A stretch of 52,154 nucleotides of DNA from Chlamydiales bacterium (GTDB lineage Bacteria; Chlamydiota; Chlamydiia; Chlamydiales; SM23-39): the NCBI GenBank assembly GCA_035480615.1, contig DATIHO010000068.1, positions 1 through 52,154 on the forward strand, given 5' to 3'. The stretch's first letter is position 1; each line of letters starts with the position of its first letter. The notes under the pieces were generated by a model. It saw nothing but the letters and a program-made list of their open reading frames with translations. It was not told the origin of the DNA and searched no databases. Position numbers and translations under genes: made by a program. Positions 27,962 to 37,290 of this stretch are shown piece by piece.

Positions 27962-29068
27962 CTATCCACAGAGAAACCCAGGCCTTTCCGTGCAAAAGGA
28001 TTTTGCTGTATTTTGCCACAAAGAAGAAAACCAAGCTTTGGTATCGACCTGTTTGCCAGATTGAGCAGTTGCACTAAGAGCCGTAGCGAAAAAATCAGCA
28101 AACCCTATAACTTTTTTACCAGGCAGACAAGAAGATACCCTTTCCGCAAGAGGATTTTTACCTTTTCCCGAATTACAAGCCATGAGGCCAACTGTCGCAT
28201 TAGTGGCTAAATGAGGCTCAAGGCAGCTAATATCGCTAGGAGTTCCCCATCCCATATGATACCGATCATCGTGATCCAGTCCATACATCCTATCACTATT
28301 TCCGTGCCCAAATAAGTAAAGTATGTCGATTTTTCCCTTAGTTTCGGCAGCTTTTTTGATCGCTGCGCAAGGGTTAATAATGATGTCATTGATTCGAAAG
28401 GCCTGCACATTGCAATGTCGATATAATTCTTCAACAAAGCTGGGAGTTAGAGTAGTCTTTCTGGAACCATGAGCAATGGAGCTATCAACAATGACTGCTT
28501 GACAAGGCTTAACCTGATTGAGATGCGAAATAGTACCATACCTTAGTACAAAGTATTTCTGTTCATCGTCTAAGGTTCGATAGGTCGATAAGCCATCGAA
28601 CATCTTCATTCCTGAATTCAGACAGGAATATAGACCCAATGAAGCAACTGCCGTGAGAAAAGAGCCTCCGACGACTCTCATTCCAACTTTCCAGGCAAAC
28701 TGGTCTTGGGCAGAGGCAACGACTAAATTGGTTCCGTAGCGAAAAATCTCTGCGCTTGCTAAACCAGCAGAAAGAAGATTGAAACTATCGAGCGCAAGTC
28801 GTACGCCAAGGCCTCCCCGCAAGAATAATTGCCACTGGTCGGCGATAGCTGCTTCTGCTAATAGTCCGCGAATCACAAAATTAACTCGATCGGCTGTTTT
28901 AATATCATCACGGAACTGTGGCCTTAGCTGTTTGCTAACAGCCGCGAGTACCAGCTGGGTTATGCCGCAATATTGAGACAGGATTATCTTGGCAAATGGA
29001 GAAGTCGATGCTATCTGAGAAGATGCCCAATTTATCAAAGCAGCTGTTGCGCTAATTTTCAAAGCCAT
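27962..29068 (-). CDS. Hypothetical protein with hydrophobic N-half and putative His-Cys (DUF4347/caspase-like) C-terminal domain
   Basis: LYLFGHG and GLMACNSG motifs; AGGAGG SD. Confidence 0.7.
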   Translation of the reverse strand: MALKISATAALINWASSQIASTSPFAKIILSQYCGITQLVLAAVSKQLRPQFRDDIKTADRVNFVIRGLLAEAAIADQWQLFLRGGLGVRLALDSFNLLSAGLASAEIFRYGTNLVVASAQDQFAWKVGMRVVGGSFLTAVASLGLYSCLNSGMKMFDGLSTYRTLDDEQKYFVLRYGTISHLNQVKPCQAVIVDSSIAHGSRKTTLTPSFVEELYRHCNVQAFRINDIIINPCAAIKKAAETKGKIDILYLFGHGNSDRMYGLDHDDRYHMGWGTPSDISCLEPHLATNATVGLMACNSGKGKNPLAERVSSCLPGKKVIGFADFFATALSATAQSGKQVDTKAWFSSLWQNTAKSFCTERPGFLCG

Positions 29069-29256
29069 TTTATCCTCCTGACAAATAAAGTTTTTACATT
29101 AACTAGAACCAAAAATAACAGATCAAACATAAATAAAAATACATTATACAACACATTTTCGTTTCTTTACATAAAAATAAAATCACCCGAATAAAAGGCA
29201 TTTATAACGCAGGCCAGTGTAAGGAATTTATGGGAAAGAGCACTAGCTCACCGAAT

Positions 29257-29861
29257 CTACAGTTTGGCTCTTTGGATCTTCCAGCTGTAACAAGGCTCAG
29301 TAATTTTCTCTTTGATTCGCCAGCCTTATACCCAAAATGACTCAAGAATCGGCTTTTGGGCGGGTTCAAAGCGCCGAAAATCGATTCTTGAAGAGGGGGC
29401 TAGTATTGAAGAATACAACCCCCTTTTCAAGAATCGATTTTCGGCAGCTTTCAATCCCGCCCAAAAGCCGATTCTTGAGTCATTTTGGGTATAGAGGTCC
29501 GAACGAACTTGTCGTTGTACCAAAGCCCCCAAAACGCGACCTCGAGAACATCTCCTTGATTCGGGAGTTCTAGCGGATTGTGGCACAGACAGCGCGATTC
29601 GGCTAAATCCCCGAAAATTTTTATTTTGAAGTTAGAGACCATGTGCTGGCGCGGCAAGTCTCCTAAATTTTCAGCTAGAAATTTTTTGATCGTTTTTAAG
29701 TCAGTATTTGGGCCGCCTGCTTTTGAGTAGTCGATTCGAGCATCGCGAGTAAAAATGAGATCAAGAGCGTCAACATCCTTGCTGTCGATAGCCGAACAAT
29801 AATCAACTAATAAATCCATTATTTCAAAGCGGTCTGAAATTTCTTGTACAGTCATTGTCAT
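29257..29861 (-). pseudogene. SnoaL/NTF2-like protein interrupted by a palindromic element
   Basis: ...WYNDKFVRTS before the element; GWRIKEKITEPCYSWKIQRAKL* resumes at 29325-29257. Confidence 0.85.
29327..29493. mobile_element. 167-bp palindromic element with ERIC-like TATACCC termini
   Basis: Perfect terminal IR TATACCCAAAATGACTCAAGAATCGGCTTTTGGGCGGG; core GGGGGCTAGTAT...ATACAACCCCC. Confidence 0.92.
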
Positions 29862-29867
29862 ATCAAA

Positions 29868-30304
29868 TCATCCTTCTTTGACATCAATGCCGTCCAATAG
29901 TCGAGCAATCTGCTCAGGAGACGGCAGCTCATTTTTGAGTTCCTTAGGCAATTCTCTAAACATTTCATAGGTTGCAACGCCGATCGGCTTATTTGCTTGC
30001 TTCAAGGTATATTCGACCACGGTTCGATCTTTTTCCTTGCAAAGTATAATTCCGATAGAAACCTGAATAATGGGTTTATTCAGGTTACTATCGAAGCTCC
30101 CCACCCAGCCGCTTGTTGCTGTTCATGAATGGTCTTGCCAATACTCCGATATAGCTTGATCAATTCGATATTAACGCCTCGAATCGCCCTAGTCCGCGAC
30201 TCTCTAACCTTTTTTCTAATCTCCTCAAGAATAGGGGCGTACCCATTAGGTAACGCTTTAAGCGCGCCTTGTTCTTTAAAAAAATCCTTTTGTTGACTAC
30301 TCAT
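29868..30304 (-). pseudogene. DUF1016/YhcG PD-(D/E)XK nuclease-like gene with its centre deleted
   Basis: N-terminus (VNIELIKLYRSIG...GWGASIV) and C-terminus (SIGIILCKEKDRTVVEYTL...PIGVATY...LPSPEQI) separated only by a 27-bp element. Confidence 0.88.
30060..30086. repeat. 27-bp micro-element, copy 3, at the deletion junction
   Basis: Identical to 20970-20996. Confidence 0.9.
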
Positions 30305-30305
30305 T

Positions 30306-30884
30306 TCAAATACCTCCTGGAGACGATTGACCAACCCAGTCCATTGCGTTTACTCTATACAAAACATGCCTTCTTAAGGGATGTCCCTCCGGTAATTTCG
30401 AATGGTCAAAGTCCCCTTCAATATCATGATGCATACCAATTCTTTCCATTACCGCCCTCGAACGCATATTTTGAACTGCTGTAAAAGAGACGACTTCTTT
30501 TAATTTAAGAATTCCAAAACCGAATTTAAGCGATGCGATAGCCCCTTCAGTTGCATATCCTTTTCTCCATTCTTCAAAGAGTATCCTCCATCCGATTTCT
30601 ACAGCAGGCGTGAAATGCGCGTCGAAATTCACATGATTTAATCCTATGAAACCAATAAAACCTGGACCATTTACAACTGAGACGGCCCAAAGACCCCACC
30701 CATACTTTTCAAATCCATTCACAATGCGATTATATTCTTCTCTGCTTTCATCAAAACTCTTCACGGAAGGGAAATATTCCATGACTCTGAAATCGGCATT
30801 CATCCTGGCGAATGTCTCAAGATCATCCCGAATCCAAGGACGTAAAATTAAACGATCGGTGGTAAGTGTAATCTGTTCGTTCAT
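30306..30884 (-). CDS. GNAT family acetyltransferase (RimJ/RimL-like)
   Basis: TDRLILRPW, VEIGWR, KGYATEGA, N.RSRAVMERIGM. Confidence 0.92.
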   Translation of the reverse strand: MNEQITLTTDRLILRPWIRDDLETFARMNADFRVMEYFPSVKSFDESREEYNRIVNGFEKYGWGLWAVSVVNGPGFIGFIGLNHVNFDAHFTPAVEIGWRILFEEWRKGYATEGAIASLKFGFGILKLKEVVSFTAVQNMRSRAVMERIGMHHDIEGDFDHSKLPEGHPLRRHVLYRVNAMDWVGQSSPGGI

Positions 30885-30951
30885 GAAGACCCCGGGGAGA
30901 GCGAGTATAACAAAGCTAGAGAGAAGCGACAAGGGTGAAGAGCATTGCTAA

Positions 30952-30982
30952 CAGCACCTCCCGCGAAAAGCGGGAGGTGCTG
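30952..30982. terminator. Strong GC hairpin, possible terminator or REP-like element
   Basis: CAGCACCTCCCGC-GAAAA-GCGGGAGGTGCTG, 13-bp perfect stem without a clear U-tract. Confidence 0.45.
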
Positions 30983-31096
30983 GAATTTAGGCGATACCAT
31001 TGATCCATATATCTCTTGTCAGATATCCTGATCTGTCAAAATTACAAGACACAATAAAAGAATGATTTAACACAAAAACCGAAAACAAAAGAAACA

Positions 31097-31455
31097 CTAC
31101 TTCTGACAACGAAGAATATATGCTTTTTTTATAGAAAAGCCGAACTTTTCAGAAAATGGATCCGTCGAAAAATCTTTTGGAGACTCTTTAACGCCGCCAT
31201 TTGTAAGGGGACAAACTCCCTGAAGAAATGATACCACTGGATCAGTATCATCAAGAATGACAACACGAGAAAACTGAACAAGCGCAGGAGCATCCAAAGT
31301 AGACTGAATCTTGGAAATCACTATTTGATATGCACTTTTATCACTAGAACTTAACCAAGACGCAGAAACAACAATATCCCACTTCTGCAATGTCACAAAA
31401 ACGAATGAAAGAGAAAAAATGCAGACCCTCCCATCTCTCTGTAAAAAATCGCATC
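31097..31455 (-). pseudogene. Probable frameshifted hypothetical gene
   Basis: Protein-like KWDIVVSASWL...AYILRC has no good in-frame start; upstream MRFFTERWEGLHFFSF is in another frame. Confidence 0.45.
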
Positions 31456-31528
31456 AAACGCAACACAGCTCAATCAAAAAAAACCCAGGATTTCTGGGCC
31501 TTTTTCGGAACTGATCCAAGCAGAGTTT

Positions 31529-32294
31529 TTAAGGAACCCAGGTAATGTGTCCAACCAATCCGCCAGTTTCATTATTAGGACCTGAGGTAAAATAAAGACG
31601 TCCATTACAATCAAAGTCTAAGGACCAAAGTCCAGGGATTTTAATAAGCGTTTCATCCGAATGCCTCAATGAACCTAGGAATTTTCCTGTGCATGGATCA
31701 TAAGCATTGATACGTCCATCGCCAAAATTACCAACCAATAAAGCTCCACCAAATGGGCCAAATGTTTCTGGCGCTAACGCTAATCCCCAAGGCGAATTCA
31801 ATTGTCCGTCTGAAATTAATCGTTTAACATGGACTCCAGTTTCGGTAAAAATATCTACAAACCCATGTCCTTGACCAGGATCATCATCGTGATTTTCTGG
31901 AGGAAGTTGTTTTGCATAAGTTACATAAATGAAGCAATCTAATTTACGAACATTAAAAGGAGCGTAACCAGGTGGAATGGAGTAAACTACTATAGAATTC
32001 AAATAATGAAACTGAGAGTCAAAGACATCAATCCTTCCATTATGGAAATCGGTCGCGTATAGAATGTGTAGACAAATTAGAATTATTGTCAGCTACCCAA
32101 AAATCATGATTTGGAACAAAAAAAAAGCCCCAGGGATTGATCAGATTAGGGTCAGTATGCGCTGCACTACCTGACACATTTGAGACCAACTTGTTCACCA
32201 CATAGCCTGAGGCCATTCATGTTGCAGGAGTGAATCCAAGGAATAGCGTTGCAAATAAATTTATAATCATTGAAGATCGTTTAAATAAATTCAT
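31529..32294 (-). pseudogene. TIGR03118 family secreted protein, disrupted
   Basis: Intact C-half (GYAPFNV, YVTYAKQ, LNSPWGLALAP, VGNFGDG.I); N-terminal pieces (DPNLINPWG, WVADN, LYATDFHNGRIDVFD) broken by stop/frameshifts and a deletion; GGAGGAG SD at 32294. Confidence 0.85.
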
Positions 32295-32408
32295 CTTTCT
32301 CCTCCATTTGATGACTGAAAACGATTTTTTGGTCTTGAATGAACGTAGATTTTTTTTCAAATTAAAAAATGAGGTGGTCTGAAGTGTTATGATATACCTC
32401 CGATTTCA

Positions 32409-32465
32409 GAAGGTGTTAGCAATTTAAGGTTTCGTCCCTTTTGGGGATTATTTTGGCCCATTTTT
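32409..32465. repeat. Degenerate left arm of a GAGACTGT-type element
   Basis: GGTTTCGTCCCTTTTGGGGATTATTTTGGCC matches the family arm GGCTTCGTCGATTTTGGGGATTATTTTGGCC. Confidence 0.6.
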
Positions 32466-32517
32466 AATTTTAGTGAGTTTCAGCAACACAATTTTGAAGG
32501 ATTTTTATCTATGAAAA

Positions 32518-32600
<83 letters not shown>

Positions 32601-32609
32601 ATAATAAAC

Positions 32610-32755
32610 AGTGAGAAAATCCGGATCCCGTCGATTGTGGATTCTTGTGCACCGATTTTTGGCTTTTTGAAAGGGTAATACCATTTTCCTATATTACCCT
32701 TGAAAATTGACCAAAAGGATCCCAAAAAACGACTGAATTCAAATTTCCTAAGACT
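32610..32755. repeat. Degenerate palindromic element of the GAGACTGT family
   Basis: Core AAGGGTAATAC...TATATTACCCTT; arms GTCGATT...CCGATTTTTGG / CCAAAA...AAACGAC. Confidence 0.65.
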
Positions 32756-32804
32756 TGAATTTTAAGAGGCCACGCACTTTTTGTCGATACAGCATCCAAA
32801 AAAA

Positions 32805-33551
32805 TCACTGGTCGAAAGGTGGCTCTTCTTCTTCCTTGGATTCATTATCAAAAGGAGGTTTCTCTTCAAAAAAATCTTCCTCATATTTCTCCTCTTTCGG
32901 CAAAGAGATCTCGCTTTCTTCCGCTTCAGCGGTTTTATAACGACTTAATGAATCTTTGATAAGAGTCGGAGGAGGAGGAAAAAGCTTGGAAATAAAAGAT
33001 GGCGCTTTCGACTCTTCTCCTGCAGGCTGCATGGAAGCAGGTGTTACAGCATGAATCTGCTCCGATCCCTCCTTTTCTACAAGCGAAGTTTCTTGAAGAG
33101 GGGGTTCTCGCATTTCCCTCATCGAACTTTCCGATCTGCCGCCACGACGGGATCGGTGTCTTTTATCCCGTTTTCGGCTTGATTCTACAGGTTGACGATT
33201 CAAAGGTGCGCGCCCCTCCAGTTCGTATTCTTCGGCAGCCTGCACGCTTTCCCGCGATGATCGCATTCCTTCGCGCCCCCCCCCAATCTTAATGGATCGT
33301 TCAGGCGATGCATTTTTCAGAGATGCCCGGACCTCTTTCACTTCTAATATTTCATAGTCACTGACTGGAACCAGGAAAGATTTAGGCCTTTCCTGAGAAC
33401 GGAAAAAAAAGGAGCGTCCAAATGATACTACTTCAATAGAATCGACGTAGTAGTCCTCTTGCCCGCTTCCTTTACTGTTGCGCACCAGGAGCTTGCATCC
33501 CTCCCGAGGCATAATTACAGTCTCGATTATAGGTTCTCGTGTAAAATTCAC
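32805..33551 (-). CDS. grgA: Chlamydial transcription factor GrgA (CT504 homologue)
   Basis: MNFTREPIIETVI.PREG.KL.VRNSK...FLVPVSDYE N-terminus; lies downstream of gapA. Confidence 0.85.
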   Translation of the reverse strand: MNFTREPIIETVIMPREGCKLLVRNSKGSGQEDYYVDSIEVVSFGRSFFFRSQERPKSFLVPVSDYEILEVKEVRASLKNASPERSIKIGGGREGMRSSRESVQAAEEYELEGRAPLNRQPVESSRKRDKRHRSRRGGRSESSMREMREPPLQETSLVEKEGSEQIHAVTPASMQPAGEESKAPSFISKLFPPPPTLIKDSLSRYKTAEAEESEISLPKEEKYEEDFFEEKPPFDNESKEEEEPPFDQ

Positions 33552-33586
33552 AAATTATTCCAAATTTTAAATTGTTAATGCGATGT

Positions 33587-34594
33587 TCATTCCCTCGCTA
33601 TCATATATTCCAACAGATCGACAACACGCTGAGCATATCCCATTTCATTATCGTACCATGCAATTAACTTATAAAATCGACGATTCAGCTCAATGCCCGC
33701 CATTTTGTCATAAATACAAGAATAGTGGACGCCAATAAAATCAGAAGAGACCAATTGTTCATCCGTTGTCGTCAGGATACCTTTCAAGTTCCCTCTGGCT
33801 GCAGTATCCATAGCATGTCCAATTTCTTCATAGGTTGTATCCTTTGAAAGTCGCACTGTAAGATCGACCGCTGATACATCAATTGTAGGAACGCGAAAAG
33901 CCATACCTGTCAACTTGCCTTTTAGCTCAGGCAAACAAAGAGTCACCGCCTTCGCAGCGCCTGTTTGAGAAGGAATGATATTGTAGCCTGCTGCTCGACC
34001 ACCGCGCCAATCTTTATGAGATGGACCATCGACAGTCGGCTGGCTTGCAGTCAGCGAATGGATTGTTGTCATTAACCCTTCCTCAATACCAAAAGAATCA
34101 AGCAGCACTTTGCAAAGAGGAGCCAAGCAATTTGTTGTACAAGATGCATTGCATAAAATGAAATCTTTTTCAGGGTCGTATTTATGATGGTTGACTCCCA
34201 TCACATACGTCGGCATTCCATCTTTTCCTGGTGCAGAAATGACAACGCGTTTTGCGCCAGCGTCAAGATGCTTTTTCGCATCTTCCAAATGGGTAAACCT
34301 GCCAGTTGATTCCACAACATAATCAACTTTCTCTTTTTTCCAAGGAAGCTGGCTGGGATCTTTTTCTGCAGACACAGCGATACGTTTTCCATCTACAATT
34401 AGGGCGTTGGAATCAGATGACACGCTTTTGGGATAAGCGCCATGCACTGTATCATATTTGAAAAGATACGCAAGATTATCAGGGGGAACGAGATCGTTAA
34501 TCGCAACCACTTCCAAATTTTTATTCAGCAAAGCATTGCGTAAAACCAATCGTCCAATCCGCCCAAATCCATTGATTGCTATTCGCTTTGCCAT
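33587..34594 (-). CDS. gapA: Glyceraldehyde-3-phosphate dehydrogenase
   Basis: [24 protein letters not shown]. Confidence 0.98.
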   Translation of the reverse strand: MAKRIAINGFGRIGRLVLRNALLNKNLEVVAINDLVPPDNLAYLFKYDTVHGAYPKSVSSDSNALIVDGKRIAVSAEKDPSQLPWKKEKVDYVVESTGRFTHLEDAKKHLDAGAKRVVISAPGKDGMPTYVMGVNHHKYDPEKDFILCNASCTTNCLAPLCKVLLDSFGIEEGLMTTIHSLTASQPTVDGPSHKDWRGGRAAGYNIIPSQTGAAKAVTLCLPELKGKLTGMAFRVPTIDVSAVDLTVRLSKDTTYEEIGHAMDTAARGNLKGILTTTDEQLVSSDFIGVHYSCIYDKMAGIELNRRFYKLIAWYDNEMGYAQRVVDLLEYMIARE

Positions 34595-34660
34595 TTGAGA
34601 TTCTCCCAAAGAATGTTTGTACAAGAAAAAAAGAATACCAATATTTGCATCAAGAGTAAA

Positions 34661-34749
34661 GAGGCAGCCCGCAAAACTCAGATAAAGTGTGAGAAATGCG
34701 GATTAGTTACGCCAGAGGTCTGTTTAACCTGAGTTTTGGGTTCAGGTTA
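34661..34749. repeat. Hybrid element: GAGGCAG-type end plus 23-bp AACCTGAGTTTTGGGTTCAGGTT micro-element
   Basis: GAGGCAGCCCGCAAAACTCAG at 34661; micro-element 34726-34748 overlaps the rplQ stop codon. Confidence 0.7.
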
Positions 34750-35172
34750 CTTAAGATATTCGATATAACAAGTCGGAGCATTATCTCCAACTCGATCCCC
34801 GAGGCGAATGATGCGGGTATATCCTCCATTGCGCGCTTCAAAACGAGTACGAAGTTCTCCAAACAGCTTATCAATGATCAAACGATCGCGAGAATAAGAA
34901 CTTTTATCTCCAGCTTTTGCTTTTCTGGCTTCTTTGGTCGTCAACGAATTGAATGTTACTTTCATCTCAGAAATAGCGCTGCGTCTTGAGGCTAACGTAT
35001 TTTTTTTAGCAAGAGTAATCATCCGATCTGCATAACGACGTAATTCTTTAGCTTTCACAACCGTCGTTGCGATTCGCTCATTTTGAATTAAAGATTTGAG
35101 CATATTGGCAATCATCGCCCGCCGATGTGAACCAGTACGCCCAATTTTAAAAGTGTGTTTTGCATGTCTCAT
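34747..35172 (-). CDS. rplQ: 50S ribosomal protein L17
   Basis: MRH...[14 protein letters not shown]. Confidence 0.98.
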   Translation of the reverse strand: MRHAKHTFKIGRTGSHRRAMIANMLKSLIQNERIATTVVKAKELRRYADRMITLAKKNTLASRRSAISEMKVTFNSLTTKEARKAKAGDKSSYSRDRLIIDKLFGELRTRFEARNGGYTRIIRLGDRVGDNAPTCYIEYLK

Positions 35173-36269
35173 ACTTCGACAGGTCCTAATTTTTCTTGTA
35201 CATAAGTCTGGATGACTTGACGAATATTATCGCGATTAATGCCATACTTACTTAGATCCATCCCCAATGAAAGACCTAATTCATCAAGCTTTTGCTTAAT
35301 TTCAGTCAGCGATTTTTTCCCAAAATTGCGGAATCGAAGCATATCGGTTTCCGGCATGACAACTAATTCACCGATCGTGTCAATATTTGCCGTTGCTAAA
35401 CAGTTTGTCGATCGAACAGAGAGTTCTATTTCATTGATTTTGAGAGCAAGTTTCGCAAGGATTTCATCTCGATCGCGGTTGATTTGCATCTCTCCTTTAT
35501 CAAAAAGAATGGAATGCGTCTTAATCTGATCAAAAATTTGAAAGTGCAGAATACCGATTTGCGCTGCAAAAACAAGGGCTTCAGCAGGACCAATCCGCCC
35601 ATCTGTAGTGACCTCAACAATCAATCGATCAAAATCCGTGTCCTGTCCAACTCGTGTGTTTTCTACATAATAATTCACCAGACGCACGGGGGAAAAAGCC
35701 GAATCCAGAACGATTTCATCAATCTGTCGTTCCACAGCAATATGGCGCTCCGATGGAACATAGCCTCTTCCACAGCTAACACGTATATTTATCTGTTTCA
35801 TCATCGGCTTTGTAATTGTAAACAGATGATGATCTGGATTGACTAATTCATAATCTGAATTTTTCATCAGATCTTTTACAGTTACACGGTATTCGCCCCC
35901 CCCCTTCTCGATCATTTCATCAGTGATATCCAGCGCCTTGGACACCAGCCTGATTTCCCGAGGATGGGATTCATCTCCCGAGGTAAGCTTTCTTAAGAGC
36001 GCTCCTTTAAAGTTTAAGATAATGTGAGTCATATCTTCGATAATGCCTTCAACTGGCATATATTCATGCGGAACACCTTCAATGCGTATGGAAATAATCG
36101 CGGGGGCTTCCAAAGATGCAAGCATGATTCTTCGCAGCGTATTACCTACGGTATAGCCAAAACCGCGCTCAAAAGGCTCGATGATGAAACGAGCAAAAGT
36201 AGAACTTTGCGATGCTTCATCTAATTTGATTTTTTCCGGCATTTCAAATTTGCCATACTTTATGGACAT
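35169..36269 (-). CDS. rpoA: RNA polymerase alpha subunit
   Basis: [30 protein letters not shown]. Confidence 0.98.
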   Translation of the reverse strand: MSIKYGKFEMPEKIKLDEASQSSTFARFIIEPFERGFGYTVGNTLRRIMLASLEAPAIISIRIEGVPHEYMPVEGIIEDMTHIILNFKGALLRKLTSGDESHPREIRLVSKALDITDEMIEKGGGEYRVTVKDLMKNSDYELVNPDHHLFTITKPMMKQINIRVSCGRGYVPSERHIAVERQIDEIVLDSAFSPVRLVNYYVENTRVGQDTDFDRLIVEVTTDGRIGPAEALVFAAQIGILHFQIFDQIKTHSILFDKGEMQINRDRDEILAKLALKINEIELSVRSTNCLATANIDTIGELVVMPETDMLRFRNFGKKSLTEIKQKLDELGLSLGMDLSKYGINRDNIRQVIQTYVQEKLGPVEV

Positions 36270-36295
36270 ATGTGTATTGCTCCAAAGTTGATTTT

Positions 36296-36712
36296 TTATA
36301 CACGTCTACGTTTGCGAGGTCTGCAACCATTGTGTGGAACAGGAGTCTCGTCTCTGATCTCGCTAATGCTAAGGCCTGCGCTCTGCAAACCGCGGACTGC
36401 AGATTCCCGCCCCGCTCCAGGTCCTCTTAAACTCACTTCACATTCCTTCATCCCCATCCCCATTGCATCTCGCGCAGCATTTTGCGCAGCAACTGTTGCT
36501 GCAAAAGCAGAGGACTTGCGAGATCCTGAAAAATTAGCTTTCCCGGCAGAAGACCACGAAATGACATTTCCTGCTAAATCAGTAATCGAAATAATCGTAT
36601 TGTTAAAAGTTGCTTTAACGTGAGCGATGCCAGATGGCACATTGCGCATCACTTTCTTTTTTACTCTTACATTCGCTTTTTTCGGAGGCGCTTTCTGATC
36701 TTGTTTCGCCAA
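36296..36712 (-). CDS. rpsK: 30S ribosomal protein S11
   Basis: ATFNNTI, GPGAGRE, PHNGCRP. Confidence 0.98.
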   Translation of the reverse strand: MAKQDQKAPPKKANVRVKKKVMRNVPSGIAHVKATFNNTIISITDLAGNVISWSSAGKANFSGSRKSSAFAATVAAQNAARDAMGMGMKECEVSLRGPGAGRESAVRGLQSAGLSISEIRDETPVPHNGCRPRKRRRV

Positions 36713-36729
36713 GGGGTTTTTTCTCCTTT

Positions 36730-36870
36730 GAGAGCAGTCCGCGCGCTCAAGATTCGTCGCTTGTTCAGATTGGTTTGATCAATTTTTGTACATGACTCCT
36801 TTCAAAAAGTCGAACAATTGTTCAAAACAATCTAAACAAGCGACGAATCTGCGTTTTGCGAACCGCCTCT
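36730..36870. repeat. ~140-bp degenerate palindromic element between rpsM and rpsK
   Basis: IR AGATTCGTCGCTTGTTCAGATTG / CAATCTAAACAAGCGACGAATCT; end GAGGCGGTTCGCAAAACGCAG resembles 34661. Confidence 0.8.
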
Positions 36871-36874
36871 TTAA

Positions 36875-37243
36875 TTACATTTTCTTATTCGCAACTGTCT
36901 TACGCTTCCCTTTACGCGTACGCGCATTGGTTCGAGTCCTTTGCCCTCGAACAGGGAGTCCAATCCTATGCCTCATGCCTCGGTAGCAATTAATACCAAT
37001 CAATCGCTTAATATTGTTTTGAATCTGACGTCTCAAATCCCCTTCGACAACATATTCGCTTGCCAACACAGCATTTAACCGCGCAATTTGATCCTCATTT
37101 AATTCCCGGGCTCTCATATTTTTATTGAGACCAAGATATTCAATCACTTGATTAGATAATTTTTTACCTATACCAAAGATATAAGTTAGGCTTACCTCCA
37201 AGCGTTTATTGGGAGGTATATCAATTCCGATTACTCTAGGCAT
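36875..37243 (-). CDS. rpsM: 30S ribosomal protein S13
   Basis: [31 protein letters not shown]. Confidence 0.98.
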   Translation of the reverse strand: MPRVIGIDIPPNKRLEVSLTYIFGIGKKLSNQVIEYLGLNKNMRARELNEDQIARLNAVLASEYVVEGDLRRQIQNNIKRLIGINCYRGMRHRIGLPVRGQRTRTNARTRKGKRKTVANKKM

Positions 37244-37290
37244 GTTTTTGTCCTTAAAAATAACATACAAACCTCTTAATGTACAATGAG

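Noticed and set aside
27442..32294. Integron cassette array (co-oriented NUDIX, SnoaL and GNAT genes)
   Set aside because: No integrase; the hairpin at 30952 lacks a proper RYYYAAC box and is too short for attC; other junctions have no such site
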